A stretch of 64,000 nt of DNA from an uncultured bacterium (GTDB taxonomy: Bacteria; Fermentibacterota; Fermentibacteria; Fermentibacterales; JCC-6). The stretch spans positions 27,465 to 91,464 of the forward strand of contig CAZKJG010000008.1 of NCBI GenBank assembly GCA_964553045.1, written 5' to 3'. The notes beneath the pieces are model-generated. The model saw nothing but the letters and a program-made list of their open reading frames with translations. It was not told the origin of the DNA and ran no database searches. Below, in pieces: positions 1 through 9,585 of this stretch. Position 1 is the first letter of the stretch; each line of letters starts with the position of its first letter. A program made the position numbers and the translations under genes.

Positions 1-985
1 CGCCAAGTACTACGCGGCCATAGAGGCGGACAGCACCTCCTCCGACGCCTGGGCCTACCTGGGGGAGTCCCTGATCTTCGACGAGCACCTGGACCGGGCC
101 CGACAGACCCTGCAGCGGGCGGTGGACCTGGACCCCCAGTCGGTGTTCGCCATCTGTTACCTGGGCCTGGTGGAGGAGCGCAGCGGCAACCCCGGCAAGG
201 CCCTGGACTACTACCTGCAGGCGCTGCGGATCTCCCCCGGCTACGAGTACGCCGAGAGCAGGATCGCCGTCATCACCGACCCCTCCTACGACGCCGGATG
301 GTGGAGGATGGACGCCAGTCCTGTGAACGCCAGCGTCTGGCTTGACCTGTCCGTGGAGCGGGGCAACGTGGAGGAGAGCGACTACCGCGGAGGAATGGAG
401 GTAAGGCTGAAGCTGGACGGTCAGGGCAGCGCCGTCACCGTGAAGGGCAGCGGCACGCTGGAGGACGAGGATTCCCGGGAGACCCGCAACACCGCCTGGG
501 CCTCCCTGACCGCTTCCTACTTCATCTCCGACGGCATCTACGCCGAGGCCAGCTCCTCCTGGGACCGCCAGCCGCTCACCGTCAGGCCCTGGCAGGTGAG
601 CTCCTACGCCGCTCTGGGCTACAAGAGGTGGATCAGCGACTGGGCGTGGGTGGCCCCGGAGCTGGGCGTGGGCGTGGTGAACAGCCGCTGGAGCTGGGGG
701 GAGGAGCGCACCGACGAGCTGAGCTCCTACGCCTCCCTGGGAATCTGGCTGGAGAGGGAGGCCTCCCTGCTGCCCAGCCTGTGGATCGGCGCGGGCGTGT
801 ACGCCACGCCCGGCCAGCCCGACGACCTGATCTCCGACGGAAACGCCGAGCTCGTCTTCGACGCCTGGCGCCGCATCTCCCTCTCCCTGGGCTGGTCCTA
901 CGACTACACAAAGACCCCCCTCATCTCCGTGTGGGAGAGCATGGACACCGAGACCTACCTCCGGCTCAACATCGACATCTTCTAG
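1..985 (+). CDS. TPR-repeat protein with a C-terminal outer-membrane beta-barrel-like domain (PgaA/BcsC-like exporter porin); 5' end cut by the window edge
   Basis: Frame 2 is open from position 2 to TAG 983-985. TPR-like helical repeats (AWAYLGESL, YYLQALRISPGYEYAESR) are followed by a W/Y/G-rich alternating beta-strand segment ending ...LRLNIDIF; a C-terminal Phe is typical of OMPs. Confidence 0.5.
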   Translation, partial: AKYYAAIEADSTSSDAWAYLGESLIFDEHLDRARQTLQRAVDLDPQSVFAICYLGLVEERSGNPGKALDYYLQALRISPGYEYAESRIAVITDPSYDAGWWRMDASPVNASVWLDLSVERGNVEESDYRGGMEVRLKLDGQGSAVTVKGSGTLEDEDSRETRNTAWASLTASYFISDGIYAEASSSWDRQPLTVRPWQVSSYAALGYKRWISDWAWVAPELGVGVVNSRWSWGEERTDELSSYASLGIWLEREASLLPSLWIGAGVYATPGQPDDLISDGNAELVFDAWRRISLSLGWSYDYTKTPLISVWESMDTETYLRLNIDIF

Positions 986-993
986 CCCCAACC

Positions 994-1220
994 GGGGACG
1001 GAGTTTAAGTTCATCAAGTTCAGCGTCCGTTTAGCCCGGAATGGGACGGAGTTGTTCGCCCCTGAAGGGACGGAGTTTAAGTTCATCAAATCCGTAGCTT
1101 GCGATAGTCCGTAGCGCTTAACGCACTGTATTTGATGAACTTAAACTCCGTCCCGGCCATCGCAAAAGCTCCGTCCCTGAGGTGTCTGCGCTGAACTTGA
1201 TGAACTTAAACTCCGTCCCC
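994..1220. repeat. Nested imperfect palindrome built from four copies of a 24-32 bp motif (GGGACGGAGTTTAAGTTCATCAA): two direct, two inverted
   Basis: Outer pair 994-1025 (GGGGACGGAGTTTAAGTTCATCAAGTTCAGCG) and 1189-1220 (CGCTGAACTTGATGAACTTAAACTCCGTCCCC) are exact reverse complements. Inner pair 1067-1090 and 1131-1154 are exact reverse complements. Partial copies lie at 1043-1053 and 1170-1178. The core is AT-rich in a GC-rich genome. Confidence 0.85.
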
Positions 1221-1247
1221 GTCCGTCCCCGTCCCGGGGGCCGGGGG

Positions 1248-2537
1248 CTACTTGCGGAGAAGGTCCCGGACCGGCTGGCGCAGCATCCGCTCGAAGAAGA
1301 TGTAGGCGATTCCCGTGGATGTGATCAGTACCGCGGACAGTCCCAGCGCCAGCCATCCCACCGGGAAGACGGCCAGGTTGTCCACCGCCGTGCCCAGCGC
1401 CGGGATTATGCTCAGCAGAGCGCGGCTGGCGGCGGCGGCGATGCCGTAGCCCAGTCCGGCGCCTATGATCGTGGTTACCAGCGACATGAAGAAGATCTGA
1501 AAGGCGAACAGCAGGGCCATTCGGCGGTGGTCCGTGCCCAGAGCCACCAGGACGCCGAGCGCGAAGCGCCTGTTGCGGAGGTCGGCCACCAGGGTGTGGA
1601 TGGAGCTGGAGATGGCGGCAGCCAGAACGATGAAGGCCAGGGCCAGCAGGGCAGCGGTTACCGTGTTCACCAGCAGCTCGGCCTTCTGGGCTATGCCCCT
1701 GCGGGTCTCCGCCCGCAGGCCCATGTCCTCCACCCGCCGGACTATCTCCGGAACGTCCTCCGCCCGCTCGGCGGTCACCAGCAGCGAGCTGTATGTCCTG
1801 GGCCTCTCCGGCCGGAACAGCGCATTGACCTGGCCTATGAGCTCCATGGGCGCCGCCAGGGCGAAGAGGGAAAGGTTGCGGGAGGTGGCCACTATGCGGG
1901 CGTTGAGCGTTATCGGTGGCCGTTCCAGTTCCGCTATCGAGCTTCGCCCCAGGGTGAGCCGCACCTCGGTGCCCACCACCCCGTCGGGGGTCAGCCCCAC
2001 CAGATCGTTGGCGTCGGCGAAGCTGGCGTTGTACAGCAGTATCAGGTTCTCGCTGAGCACCAGGGGCAGGTAGGCGCGGGAGGAGTCCTCCAGCGTGTAG
2101 GACCAGTCAACGCTCCGGGCGATGGAGTCGGAGAGGAAGCCCTCGGTGACCCCCTCCAGCGCGATGTCCGTGTAGTAGGGCTCACCGCCCAGCCGGCCGC
2201 GCAGGTAAGCGGGAACGTGGGAGTATATCTGGGGGTCGATCTCGCTCACCCACCGCAGGGCCTCTATCTCCTCCCGCAGCGAGTCCGTGAGCTCCACTCC
2301 GCCGCTCTCCATCCGGAAGAAGCCGGCCCTGCTCCCCTCCGGCGTCACCCGGACCTGCTCTGCGGGCAGGTCGGTTCGAAGGAACCGGTTCAGCACCCGG
2401 TGGACACCCAGGCCCACCGCGATGAAGAACACCAGCAGCAGCGCGGCCGTGAGCTGCATGGCCTGGCTGAATAGGTAATCCCTCCAGTGGCCGCGGTTCC
2501 AGAGGTGCAGCGCCTGGCGGACCTCGCTAAGCTTCAT
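1248..2537 (-). CDS. ABC transporter permease, FtsX/LolC-LolE (MacB-like) family
   Basis: ORF 1248..2609; the likely start is MKLSEV at 2537. Hydrophobic TM segments flank a large periplasmic domain, an architecture typical of LolE/MacB permeases. It overlaps the upstream ATPase gene by 11 nt. Confidence 0.75.
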   Translation of the reverse strand: MKLSEVRQALHLWNRGHWRDYLFSQAMQLTAALLLVFFIAVGLGVHRVLNRFLRTDLPAEQVRVTPEGSRAGFFRMESGGVELTDSLREEIEALRWVSEIDPQIYSHVPAYLRGRLGGEPYYTDIALEGVTEGFLSDSIARSVDWSYTLEDSSRAYLPLVLSENLILLYNASFADANDLVGLTPDGVVGTEVRLTLGRSSIAELERPPITLNARIVATSRNLSLFALAAPMELIGQVNALFRPERPRTYSSLLVTAERAEDVPEIVRRVEDMGLRAETRRGIAQKAELLVNTVTAALLALAFIVLAAAISSSIHTLVADLRNRRFALGVLVALGTDHRRMALLFAFQIFFMSLVTTIIGAGLGYGIAAAASRALLSIIPALGTAVDNLAVFPVGWLALGLSAVLITSTGIAYIFFERMLRQPVRDLLRK

Positions 2538-3204
2538 GGAGCCTGCCGTCCTCCAGGCGGAGCACCCGATCGGCCCGCTGCAGTATGGCCGCAGAGTGGA
2601 CCACCGCAAGAAGCGAGAAGCCCTGCTGGGCGCGCAGGTCGTCCAGCAGATCGAAGAGCCGGCTCTCGCTCTCCTCGTCCAGGCTGGCCGAGGGCTCGTC
2701 GGCCATCAGCACCCGCGGCCTGTTCACCAGACCGCGGGCAACGGCAACCCTCTGCCGCTCTCCGCGGGACAGCAGTGCCGTGGGGGTATCGTCCAGCCTC
2801 AGTGAAAGATGTGTCAGGACCTCCCGGGCCTGCGACTCAGCCGCCTTCAGGTCCGCCCCCGAGAACACCGCCGGGAGGGTGACGTTCTCCAGGGCGGTGA
2901 GGTTGGGAAGCAGATGGAAGTCCTGAAAGACGAAACCGATGACGTTTCGTCTGATCGAGGCCAGTCCCGCCCTGTCCATGTTACCCGCGTCCCGGCCCTC
3001 GATGGTGATCCGGCCCCCATAGGCGGGATCGTGGAGCCCGATTATGCCCAGAAGCGTGCTCTTGCCCACGCCGCTGCGTCCCACGATGGCCATGAACTCC
3101 CCGGGGTGGATGTCCAGGTCGAGGCCGTCCAGCACCACCCGGTCGCCGAAGCGGCGTCCTATGCCCCGGGCCTGCAGGACCGGTTCGTCGGAGGCCTGGC
3201 TCAC
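2527..3204 (-). CDS. ABC transporter ATP-binding protein (LolD/MacB-type)
   Basis: Walker A GRSGVGKST, ABC signature LSRGERQRVAVARGL and Walker B VLMADEPSASLD are present. GTG start at 3204 overlaps the stop of the upstream lipoprotein gene (GTGA). Confidence 0.85.
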   Translation of the reverse strand: MSQASDEPVLQARGIGRRFGDRVVLDGLDLDIHPGEFMAIVGRSGVGKSTLLGIIGLHDPAYGGRITIEGRDAGNMDRAGLASIRRNVIGFVFQDFHLLPNLTALENVTLPAVFSGADLKAAESQAREVLTHLSLRLDDTPTALLSRGERQRVAVARGLVNRPRVLMADEPSASLDEESESRLFDLLDDLRAQQGFSLLAVVHSAAILQRADRVLRLEDGRLHEA

Positions 3205-4019
3205 AGGAGCCCTTCTGCCATGGTCCGGATCACGGACGGAAGGGAGTCGGCCGACAGCCCCGGGTCCTCCAGCTCGAAGCTCAGCCTCGTATGTCGGCCG
3301 CCCTGTCTGACCATCCTGGCCTCCAGGGAGATGAAGGGGTCCGTCGAAAGGTCCATCCGCAGTGCCCGGGGTCGAAGGGAGAGAAAGGAGGTTCGAAGCT
3401 CCGCCAGGCTCGGGTACCAGCGCTGCAGCGGCAGCAGCCCCAGGAAGTTGATCATGTTGCCCGGCAGCAGGAGGGAAATCTGCGCATGGCCGCCTTCGAG
3501 AGCGGCAAGGCCGGTGTCGGCGGCCAGTGAGGCCTCTTCCCCCATCTCCAGCCAGGGGCCGACGACGGCCGTCGGGGCCTTGCCCATGTACAGGCAGGTC
3601 CAGCCGTTCCGGGAGGCCACCGAGCCCAGGATGCCCCCCCGCTCGGTGAGCAGGTCGGTGCGTCCCCGCGACTCCACCGCGCGGCACTCCAGCCGGGAGC
3701 TGGCGATCCGCTCCATTCCGGCCGCATCCACGTCCCGGGTAAGGAACAGCAGCTGCGGCTTCAGGGTGGTGAAGTCGATGGATATCACGGCCGTTCCCAG
3801 GGGACCGGCGGCCAGCAGGTCTTCCAGCAGACCCCCGGGTACGCCGCTGGTCTCCTCCGGGAGCAGGGCGGAGACAAGCCCGAAGGCGTCGGGCGCTATC
3901 CTTATGTAGCAGAGGCTGTTTGCCGGGACCATGGCCAGATCGCCGCTGTCGGGCCCGCCGCCGCAGCAGGATGCGCCCAGTACGCAGGCCAGCAGCGCTG
4001 CGGCAAGTCTTCGGCTCAT
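3201..4019 (-). CDS. Hypothetical lipoprotein co-transcribed with the ABC ATPase and permease
   Basis: ATG at 4019 is preceded by GGAGGGAG. Signal peptide MSRRLAAALLACVLGASCC has a lipobox-like Cys. No recognisable catalytic motif. Confidence 0.55.
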   Translation of the reverse strand: MSRRLAAALLACVLGASCCGGGPDSGDLAMVPANSLCYIRIAPDAFGLVSALLPEETSGVPGGLLEDLLAAGPLGTAVISIDFTTLKPQLLFLTRDVDAAGMERIASSRLECRAVESRGRTDLLTERGGILGSVASRNGWTCLYMGKAPTAVVGPWLEMGEEASLAADTGLAALEGGHAQISLLLPGNMINFLGLLPLQRWYPSLAELRTSFLSLRPRALRMDLSTDPFISLEARMVRQGGRHTRLSFELEDPGLSADSLPSVIRTMAEGLL

Positions 4020-4175
4020 ATTCTTGACAGCTCCCTCCAGCAGGCTTAGCTTTCCCGCCCCGGTAAGAGTACGTCCTTGCCAGAGAGGCGTCAACGACTC
4101 GATTCAGAGCCGCTGGCGCCTTGACGATATGGGGGCCCGGGGATATTGTTGCGACTCGCGTAGAAAGCGGATGCT

Positions 4176-4251
4176 GCTGGCGTAGCTCAATTGGCAGAGC
4201 AGCTGATTTGTAATCAGCAGGTTGCGGGTTCGAGTCCCATCGCCAGCTCCA
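4176..4251 (+). tRNA. thrU: tRNA-Thr (anticodon TGT)
   Basis: Cloverleaf: acceptor GCTGGCG/CGCCAGC, D-arm GCTCAATTGGCAGAGC, anticodon loop TTTGTAA, T-loop TTCGAGT, encoded CCA. One C-A mismatch in the T-stem. Confidence 0.8.
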
Positions 4252-4272
4252 GTTCCGAAGATGACATAGACG

Positions 4273-4358
4273 GGCGAGGTTCCCGAGCGGTCAAAGGGGG
4301 CAGACTGTAAATCTGTTGGCTTAAGCCTTCGGTGGTTCGAATCCACCCCTCGCCACCA
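4273..4358 (+). tRNA. tyrU: tRNA-Tyr (anticodon GTA), class II long variable arm
   Basis: Acceptor GGCGAGG/CCTCGCC, anticodon loop CTGTAAA, long variable arm, T-arm GGTGGTTCGAATCCACC, encoded CCA. Confidence 0.9.
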
Positions 4359-4588
4359 GCTGCAAGTCGCCCGAGGCTAAGGCCTGAAATACGCCAGCGG
4401 TCCTTTCATTGCAACCCGCAAGGCCAACGCCCGGGACGATACCGATGGGCTGCGCAGAGTCCTGACGAAGAGCGAAACGCACCGCGGTGGGCGCAGGCCC
4501 TCCTGCGGTGTGCCGGATGGGCTGCGCGACGACCCGCGCGGTGCGCGGGAGGACTAAGTACGGAACCACGACCGGGGGGAAGAATGCA

Positions 4589-4975
4589 GCTTCCCCGTCC
4601 GGCAAAGTTCAGGAAGGACCCCTGCGCGGGAGAGCGGAGCACGGCGCAGGATTGGAAGTTTGACCGGGGCGGTGAGCGTAGCGTCCCCGCGAAGCGGATG
4701 CAGGTTGTATGGCGCGGGAGAGCGGAGCATTGCCACCAAAGCCAGGAGGCGGGCGGCAAGCGAAGCTTCCCCGTCCGGCATAGTCCAAGGAGGACCCCTG
4801 CGCGGGAGAGCGGAGCACAGCGCAGGATTGGAAGTTTGACCGGGGCGGTGAGCGTAGCGTCCCCGCGAAGCGGGTGAAGGTAGGATGGCGCGGGAAAGCG
4901 TAGCATTGCCACCAAAGCCAGGAGGCGGGCGGCAAGCGAAGCTTCCCCGTCCGGCATAGTCCGGCACGGAGTTCG
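4589..4975. repeat. 176-bp tandem direct repeat, 2 full copies plus a ~35-bp partial third, in the tRNA-Tyr/tRNA-Gly spacer
   Basis: GCTTCCCCGTCCGGCA recurs at 4589, 4765 and 4941 (period 176). Each unit is two related ~88-bp halves, both containing GCGCGGGAGAGCGGAGCA. Confidence 0.85.
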
Positions 4976-4976
4976 G

Positions 4977-5052
4977 GCGGGAATAGCTCAGTTGGCAGAG
5001 CATCAGCCTTCCAAGCTGAGGGTCGCGGGTTCGAATCCCGTTTCCCGCTCCA
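4977..5052 (+). tRNA. glyT: tRNA-Gly (anticodon TCC)
   Basis: Acceptor GCGGGAA/TTCCCGC, anticodon loop CTTCCAA, T-arm GCGGGTTCGAATCCCGT, CCA. Confidence 0.9.
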
Positions 5053-5090
5053 GCTCCGCCGGCAGGCAGAAGGCAGGAGAGTGGCAGCCA

Positions 5091-5166
<76 letters not shown>

Positions 5167-5208
5167 GCTTAGGCCCATTTAGCGAGGTGAAAGTCAGGAG
5201 GAGGAGCT

Positions 5209-6402
<1,194 letters not shown>

Positions 6403-6418
6403 GCCGGCTGTTTTGCGG

Positions 6419-6562
6419 GTGATAATTACGCTGGCCTGCCAGGAGTGCAGGCGAAGGAACTACACTACAACCAAGAACAGGCGTACGACGCCGGACAGGA
6501 TCGAGCTGAAGAAGTACTGCAGGTTCTGCGGCAGGCATACGCTGCACAGGGAGACGAAATAG
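6419..6562 (+). CDS. rpmG: 50S ribosomal protein L33, short zinc-ribbon form
   Basis: Below the ORF-track size cutoff. GTG start; translation [47 protein letters not shown] matches the CxxC...CxxC L33 family. Followed by GC hairpin CCGCCCCGCGCAGGCGGGGCGG at 6569-6592. Confidence 0.85.
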   Translation: MIITLACQECRRRNYTTTKNRRTTPDRIELKKYCRFCGRHTLHRETK

Positions 6563-6606
6563 CATTGTCCGCCCCGCGCAGGCGGGGCGGGCGCGCCTTC
6601 GGCTGA

Positions 6607-6682
6607 AGGGCCGTAGCACAATTGGCAGTGCACCGGACTCCAAATCCGGCGGTTGGGGGTTCGAGTCCCTCCGGCCCTGCCA
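6607..6682 (+). tRNA. trpT: tRNA-Trp (anticodon CCA)
   Basis: Acceptor AGGGCCG/CGGCCCT, anticodon loop CTCCAAA, T-arm GGGGGTTCGAGTCCCTC, CCA. Confidence 0.9.
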
Positions 6683-6803
6683 GTCGGTGGCGTTTCGCAT
6701 AGGACCAGGTGGCGGCCGGTCCCGGCGGGCAGCCGGGCCGGTGCCTTGTTCGCTTTGCGGAAGGCGGCGGCCACCGGGGGCGCAAGCAGGGGAAGGTAGA
6801 TCG

Positions 6804-7040
6804 ATGGCAAAGAAGAAGGACTCCGGTGGAAACGCGATCGTCCGGGCGGCGAACGGGACCGTTCGGTTCCTCGGCGAGGTCAAGGCCGAGCTGACGAAGG
6901 TCGCGTGGCCCTCCAGGGACGAGGTAATAGCCTCCACCTGGGTGGTGCTGGCCGCCGTGGGAGTCGTGGGAATCTGGATCTTTGCCGCGGACAAGGCATC
7001 CTCTCTGATGATGACCGCCCTTGTCAGCCTGTTCAGCTAG
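6804..7040 (+). CDS. secE: Preprotein translocase subunit SecE
   Basis: 78 aa; MAKKKDSGGNAIVRAANGTVRFLGEVKAELTKVAWPSRDE followed by one TM helix, the canonical one-helix SecE. Confidence 0.85.
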   Translation: MAKKKDSGGNAIVRAANGTVRFLGEVKAELTKVAWPSRDEVIASTWVVLAAVGVVGIWIFAADKASSLMMTALVSLFS

Positions 7041-7062
7041 ACGGGACACAGAAGGGGAGCCA

Positions 7063-7710
7063 ATGCCAGAAGACGAGACTCTGGAGCGAGAAGAGAGCAC
7101 CGGGCAGGAAACGCCGGAAGAGGCGGCCGAAGAGGCTTCCAAAGAGGAGGCCGGGGCCGCGGAGGAAGAGGAGGACGACCGCTACCGCTGGTACGTGGTT
7201 CATTCCTTCTCCGGCTACGAGAAGCGGGTAAAGAAGTTCCTGGAGGGCAACATCGCCAGGATGTACCCCGAACGGGTCTCGGAGGTTCTCATTCCCACCG
7301 AGGAGGTGACCAGCAGGACCCGCAAGGGCCGCAAGGTCACCCGGCAGAAGAAGCTCTACCCCGGGTACGTTTTCGTGAAGCTGGATCTCACCGAGGAGAT
7401 GGTGATGGACATCCGGGCCATGAGCAACGTCAGCGGCTTCCCTCCCATGAACAAGAGCTATCCCAAGCCCCTGACCGAAGGCGAGGTCAAGAGGATCATG
7501 GGGCAGGCCGAGGGCACGGAGAAGCGGAAGGTCGTGCGGATTCCCTTCAGCGTGGGCCAGACCGTCCGTGTCACCGACGGCCCCTTCAAGAACTTCTCCG
7601 GGGTCGTGGAGTCCATAAACCCCGAGAGAGGAATGGCGAGGATCATCTTCACCATCTTCGGCCGCAAGGCACCGGTGGAGATCGATTTCTCCCAGGTAAG
7701 GCCCGTCTGA
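7063..7710 (+). CDS. nusG: Transcription termination/antitermination factor NusG with an acidic N-terminal extension
   Basis: ATG 7063 after GAAGGGGAG. About 45 aa of E/A-rich tail, then RWYVVHSFSGYEKRVKKFLE (NGN domain) and a C-terminal KOW domain (FSVGQTVRVTDGPFKNFSGVVESI). Confidence 0.9.
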   Translation: MPEDETLEREESTGQETPEEAAEEASKEEAGAAEEEEDDRYRWYVVHSFSGYEKRVKKFLEGNIARMYPERVSEVLIPTEEVTSRTRKGRKVTRQKKLYPGYVFVKLDLTEEMVMDIRAMSNVSGFPPMNKSYPKPLTEGEVKRIMGQAEGTEKRKVVRIPFSVGQTVRVTDGPFKNFSGVVESINPERGMARIIFTIFGRKAPVEIDFSQVRPV

Positions 7711-7858
7711 TTGTCTGAGCGGACGGGACCTGTTCGAAAGGCGCGAGAGAGAAAGAGCACGCGGCTGTCGGGGAAGTGATGCACCCCGTCTCCGCAGGTT
7801 GTCCCCACAGGCCGGCCACTAAGGGGAGGCCGCCGGGGGACGCGAGAGAGGAGTAGCC

Positions 7859-8284
7859 ATGGCCAAGAAGGTTATGGGCGTGGTGAAGCTCCAGCTGCAG
7901 GCGGGACAGGCCACACCGGCCCCCCCTGTAGGCCCCGCGCTGGGCCAGTACGGGATAAACATGCAGGCCTTCTGCAAGGACTTCAATGCCCGAACCCAGG
8001 GCAAGGAAGGTCTCATAATCCCTGCTGTTATAACGATCTACAAGGATCGGAGCTTCACTTTCGAGCTCAAGTCGCCGCCGGCGTCCGTCCTCCTGAAGAG
8101 GGCGGCCGGGCTGGCGAAGGGATCTCCCGAGCCCAACCGACAGAAGGTGGGCACCGTCACTGTCGAGCAGTGCAGGGAGATCGCCAAGTTGAAGTGGGTG
8201 GACCTGAACGCCGCCTCCGAGGAGACGGCGATAGAGATGATAAAGGGTACGGCCCGAAGCATGGGGCTGGAGGTGGAAGGCTGA
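7859..8284 (+). CDS. rplK: 50S ribosomal protein L11
   Basis: [44 protein letters not shown] matches the L11 N-terminal domain. Confidence 0.95.
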   Translation: MAKKVMGVVKLQLQAGQATPAPPVGPALGQYGINMQAFCKDFNARTQGKEGLIIPAVITIYKDRSFTFELKSPPASVLLKRAAGLAKGSPEPNRQKVGTVTVEQCREIAKLKWVDLNAASEETAIEMIKGTARSMGLEVEG

Positions 8285-9003
8285 TGGCGCACAAGAGCCA
8301 GAGGTACCTCAAGGCCCGACGGAGTGTGGACCGCAGTGCCAAGTACCAGCTCACCGACTGCGTAAAGCTGGTGAAGGACAACGCCAACGCCAAGTTCGAC
8401 GAGACCGTCGAGGTGGCCCTTCTGCTCGGCGTGAACCCACGTTACCCCGACCAGATAGTGAGGGGAACGTGCATTCTGCCCCACGGCACCGGGCAGGACG
8501 TCCGCGTCCTGGCCTTCGCCCGGGGCGAGAAGGCCGACGAGGCCCGGGAGGCCGGCGCCGACTACGTCGGTGACGAGGACTACGCCCAGAAGATAGAGGA
8601 GGGCTGGCTGGACTTCGACGTGGTCGTGGCCACCCCGGACATGATGAAGGTCATCGGAAAGCTGGGACGCGTGCTGGGCCCCAGGGGCCTCATGCCCAGC
8701 CCCAAGACGGGAACCGTGACCATGGACATCGGGGAGGCCGTGCGGGAGTCCAAGGCCGGCAAGATCAGCTTCCGGGTTGACAAGACCGGCAACCTCCACG
8801 CCCCGGTGGGCAAGGCCAGCTTCGAGGCCGGGCAGCTGGAGGAGAACGCGCTGGCCTTCATCGAGAAGGTGAACCAGCTGCGTCCCAGCGCCTCCAAGGG
8901 ACTCTACATGAGAAAGGGCACGATCTCCTCCACCATGGGTCCCGGGGTGAAGCTGGACCTAAGCGACATACGGTCGCGGCTGCAGTCCAAGGCGGTGAGA
9001 TAG
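8284..9003 (+). CDS. rplA: 50S ribosomal protein L1
   Basis: ATG overlaps the rplK stop (TGATG). [15 protein letters not shown]...[17 protein letters not shown]. Confidence 0.95.
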   Translation: MAHKSQRYLKARRSVDRSAKYQLTDCVKLVKDNANAKFDETVEVALLLGVNPRYPDQIVRGTCILPHGTGQDVRVLAFARGEKADEAREAGADYVGDEDYAQKIEEGWLDFDVVVATPDMMKVIGKLGRVLGPRGLMPSPKTGTVTMDIGEAVRESKAGKISFRVDKTGNLHAPVGKASFEAGQLEENALAFIEKVNQLRPSASKGLYMRKGTISSTMGPGVKLDLSDIRSRLQSKAVR

Positions 9004-9534
9004 ATGGCTGTAACCAGAAGCAGGAAGAAGGAGATAGTCGAAGCCCTCTCCGAGAACTTCGGTGACGCGAAGAGCTTCGTGCTCACGGACTTCACCGGTA
9101 TCGACGTCGAGGAGATGACCGAGCTGAGGGCGAAGATGCGCGAGGCCGGCGTCGGCTACACTATAGCCAAGAACACTCTGCTCCGGATGATCTTCGACAA
9201 CGTGGGGATTCCGGAGGGCGAGGCGTTCCTGGCGGGCATCGACGGCCCCACGGCAGTGGCCTACGGCGACGACGAGGTGATGCCCGCGAAGGTCATCAGC
9301 GAGTTCGCCGAGGACCATGACGGCAGGCCGTCCATCAAGGCCGGCTTCGTAGCCGGGGAGAGCATGGACATCGAGGGCGTGGAGCGGCTGGCGAAGGTGC
9401 CCGGTCGCGAGGAGCTGCTTTCGCGGCTCGTGGGCTCGGCGCAGTCGCCCATCCAGGGATTCGTCTGCGTGAGCAGCGCCATCATCAGGAAGTTCCTCTA
9501 CGCGGTCAACGCCGTGAGGGAGAGCAGGGAATAG
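9004..9534 (+). CDS. rplJ: 50S ribosomal protein L10
   Basis: Starts one nt after the rplA stop. MAVTRSRKKEIVEALSENF... Confidence 0.93.
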   Translation: MAVTRSRKKEIVEALSENFGDAKSFVLTDFTGIDVEEMTELRAKMREAGVGYTIAKNTLLRMIFDNVGIPEGEAFLAGIDGPTAVAYGDDEVMPAKVISEFAEDHDGRPSIKAGFVAGESMDIEGVERLAKVPGREELLSRLVGSAQSPIQGFVCVSSAIIRKFLYAVNAVRESRE

Positions 9535-9585
9535 CGGAAGCCGGGAGCCGCCTGAGGCTTCCGGGACAATGACGGAGGAAAGAAC

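Noticed and set aside
994-1220. CRISPR array or tRNA-like element
   Set aside because: The repeats are inverted and nested rather than direct with regular unique spacers. There is no cloverleaf.
1182-2474. 430-aa plus-strand ORF overlapping the permease gene, and ORFs 2487-2882(+), 2809-3909(+)
   Set aside because: They run opposite clear ABC permease/ATPase/lipoprotein genes. Arg/Gly-rich junk composition.
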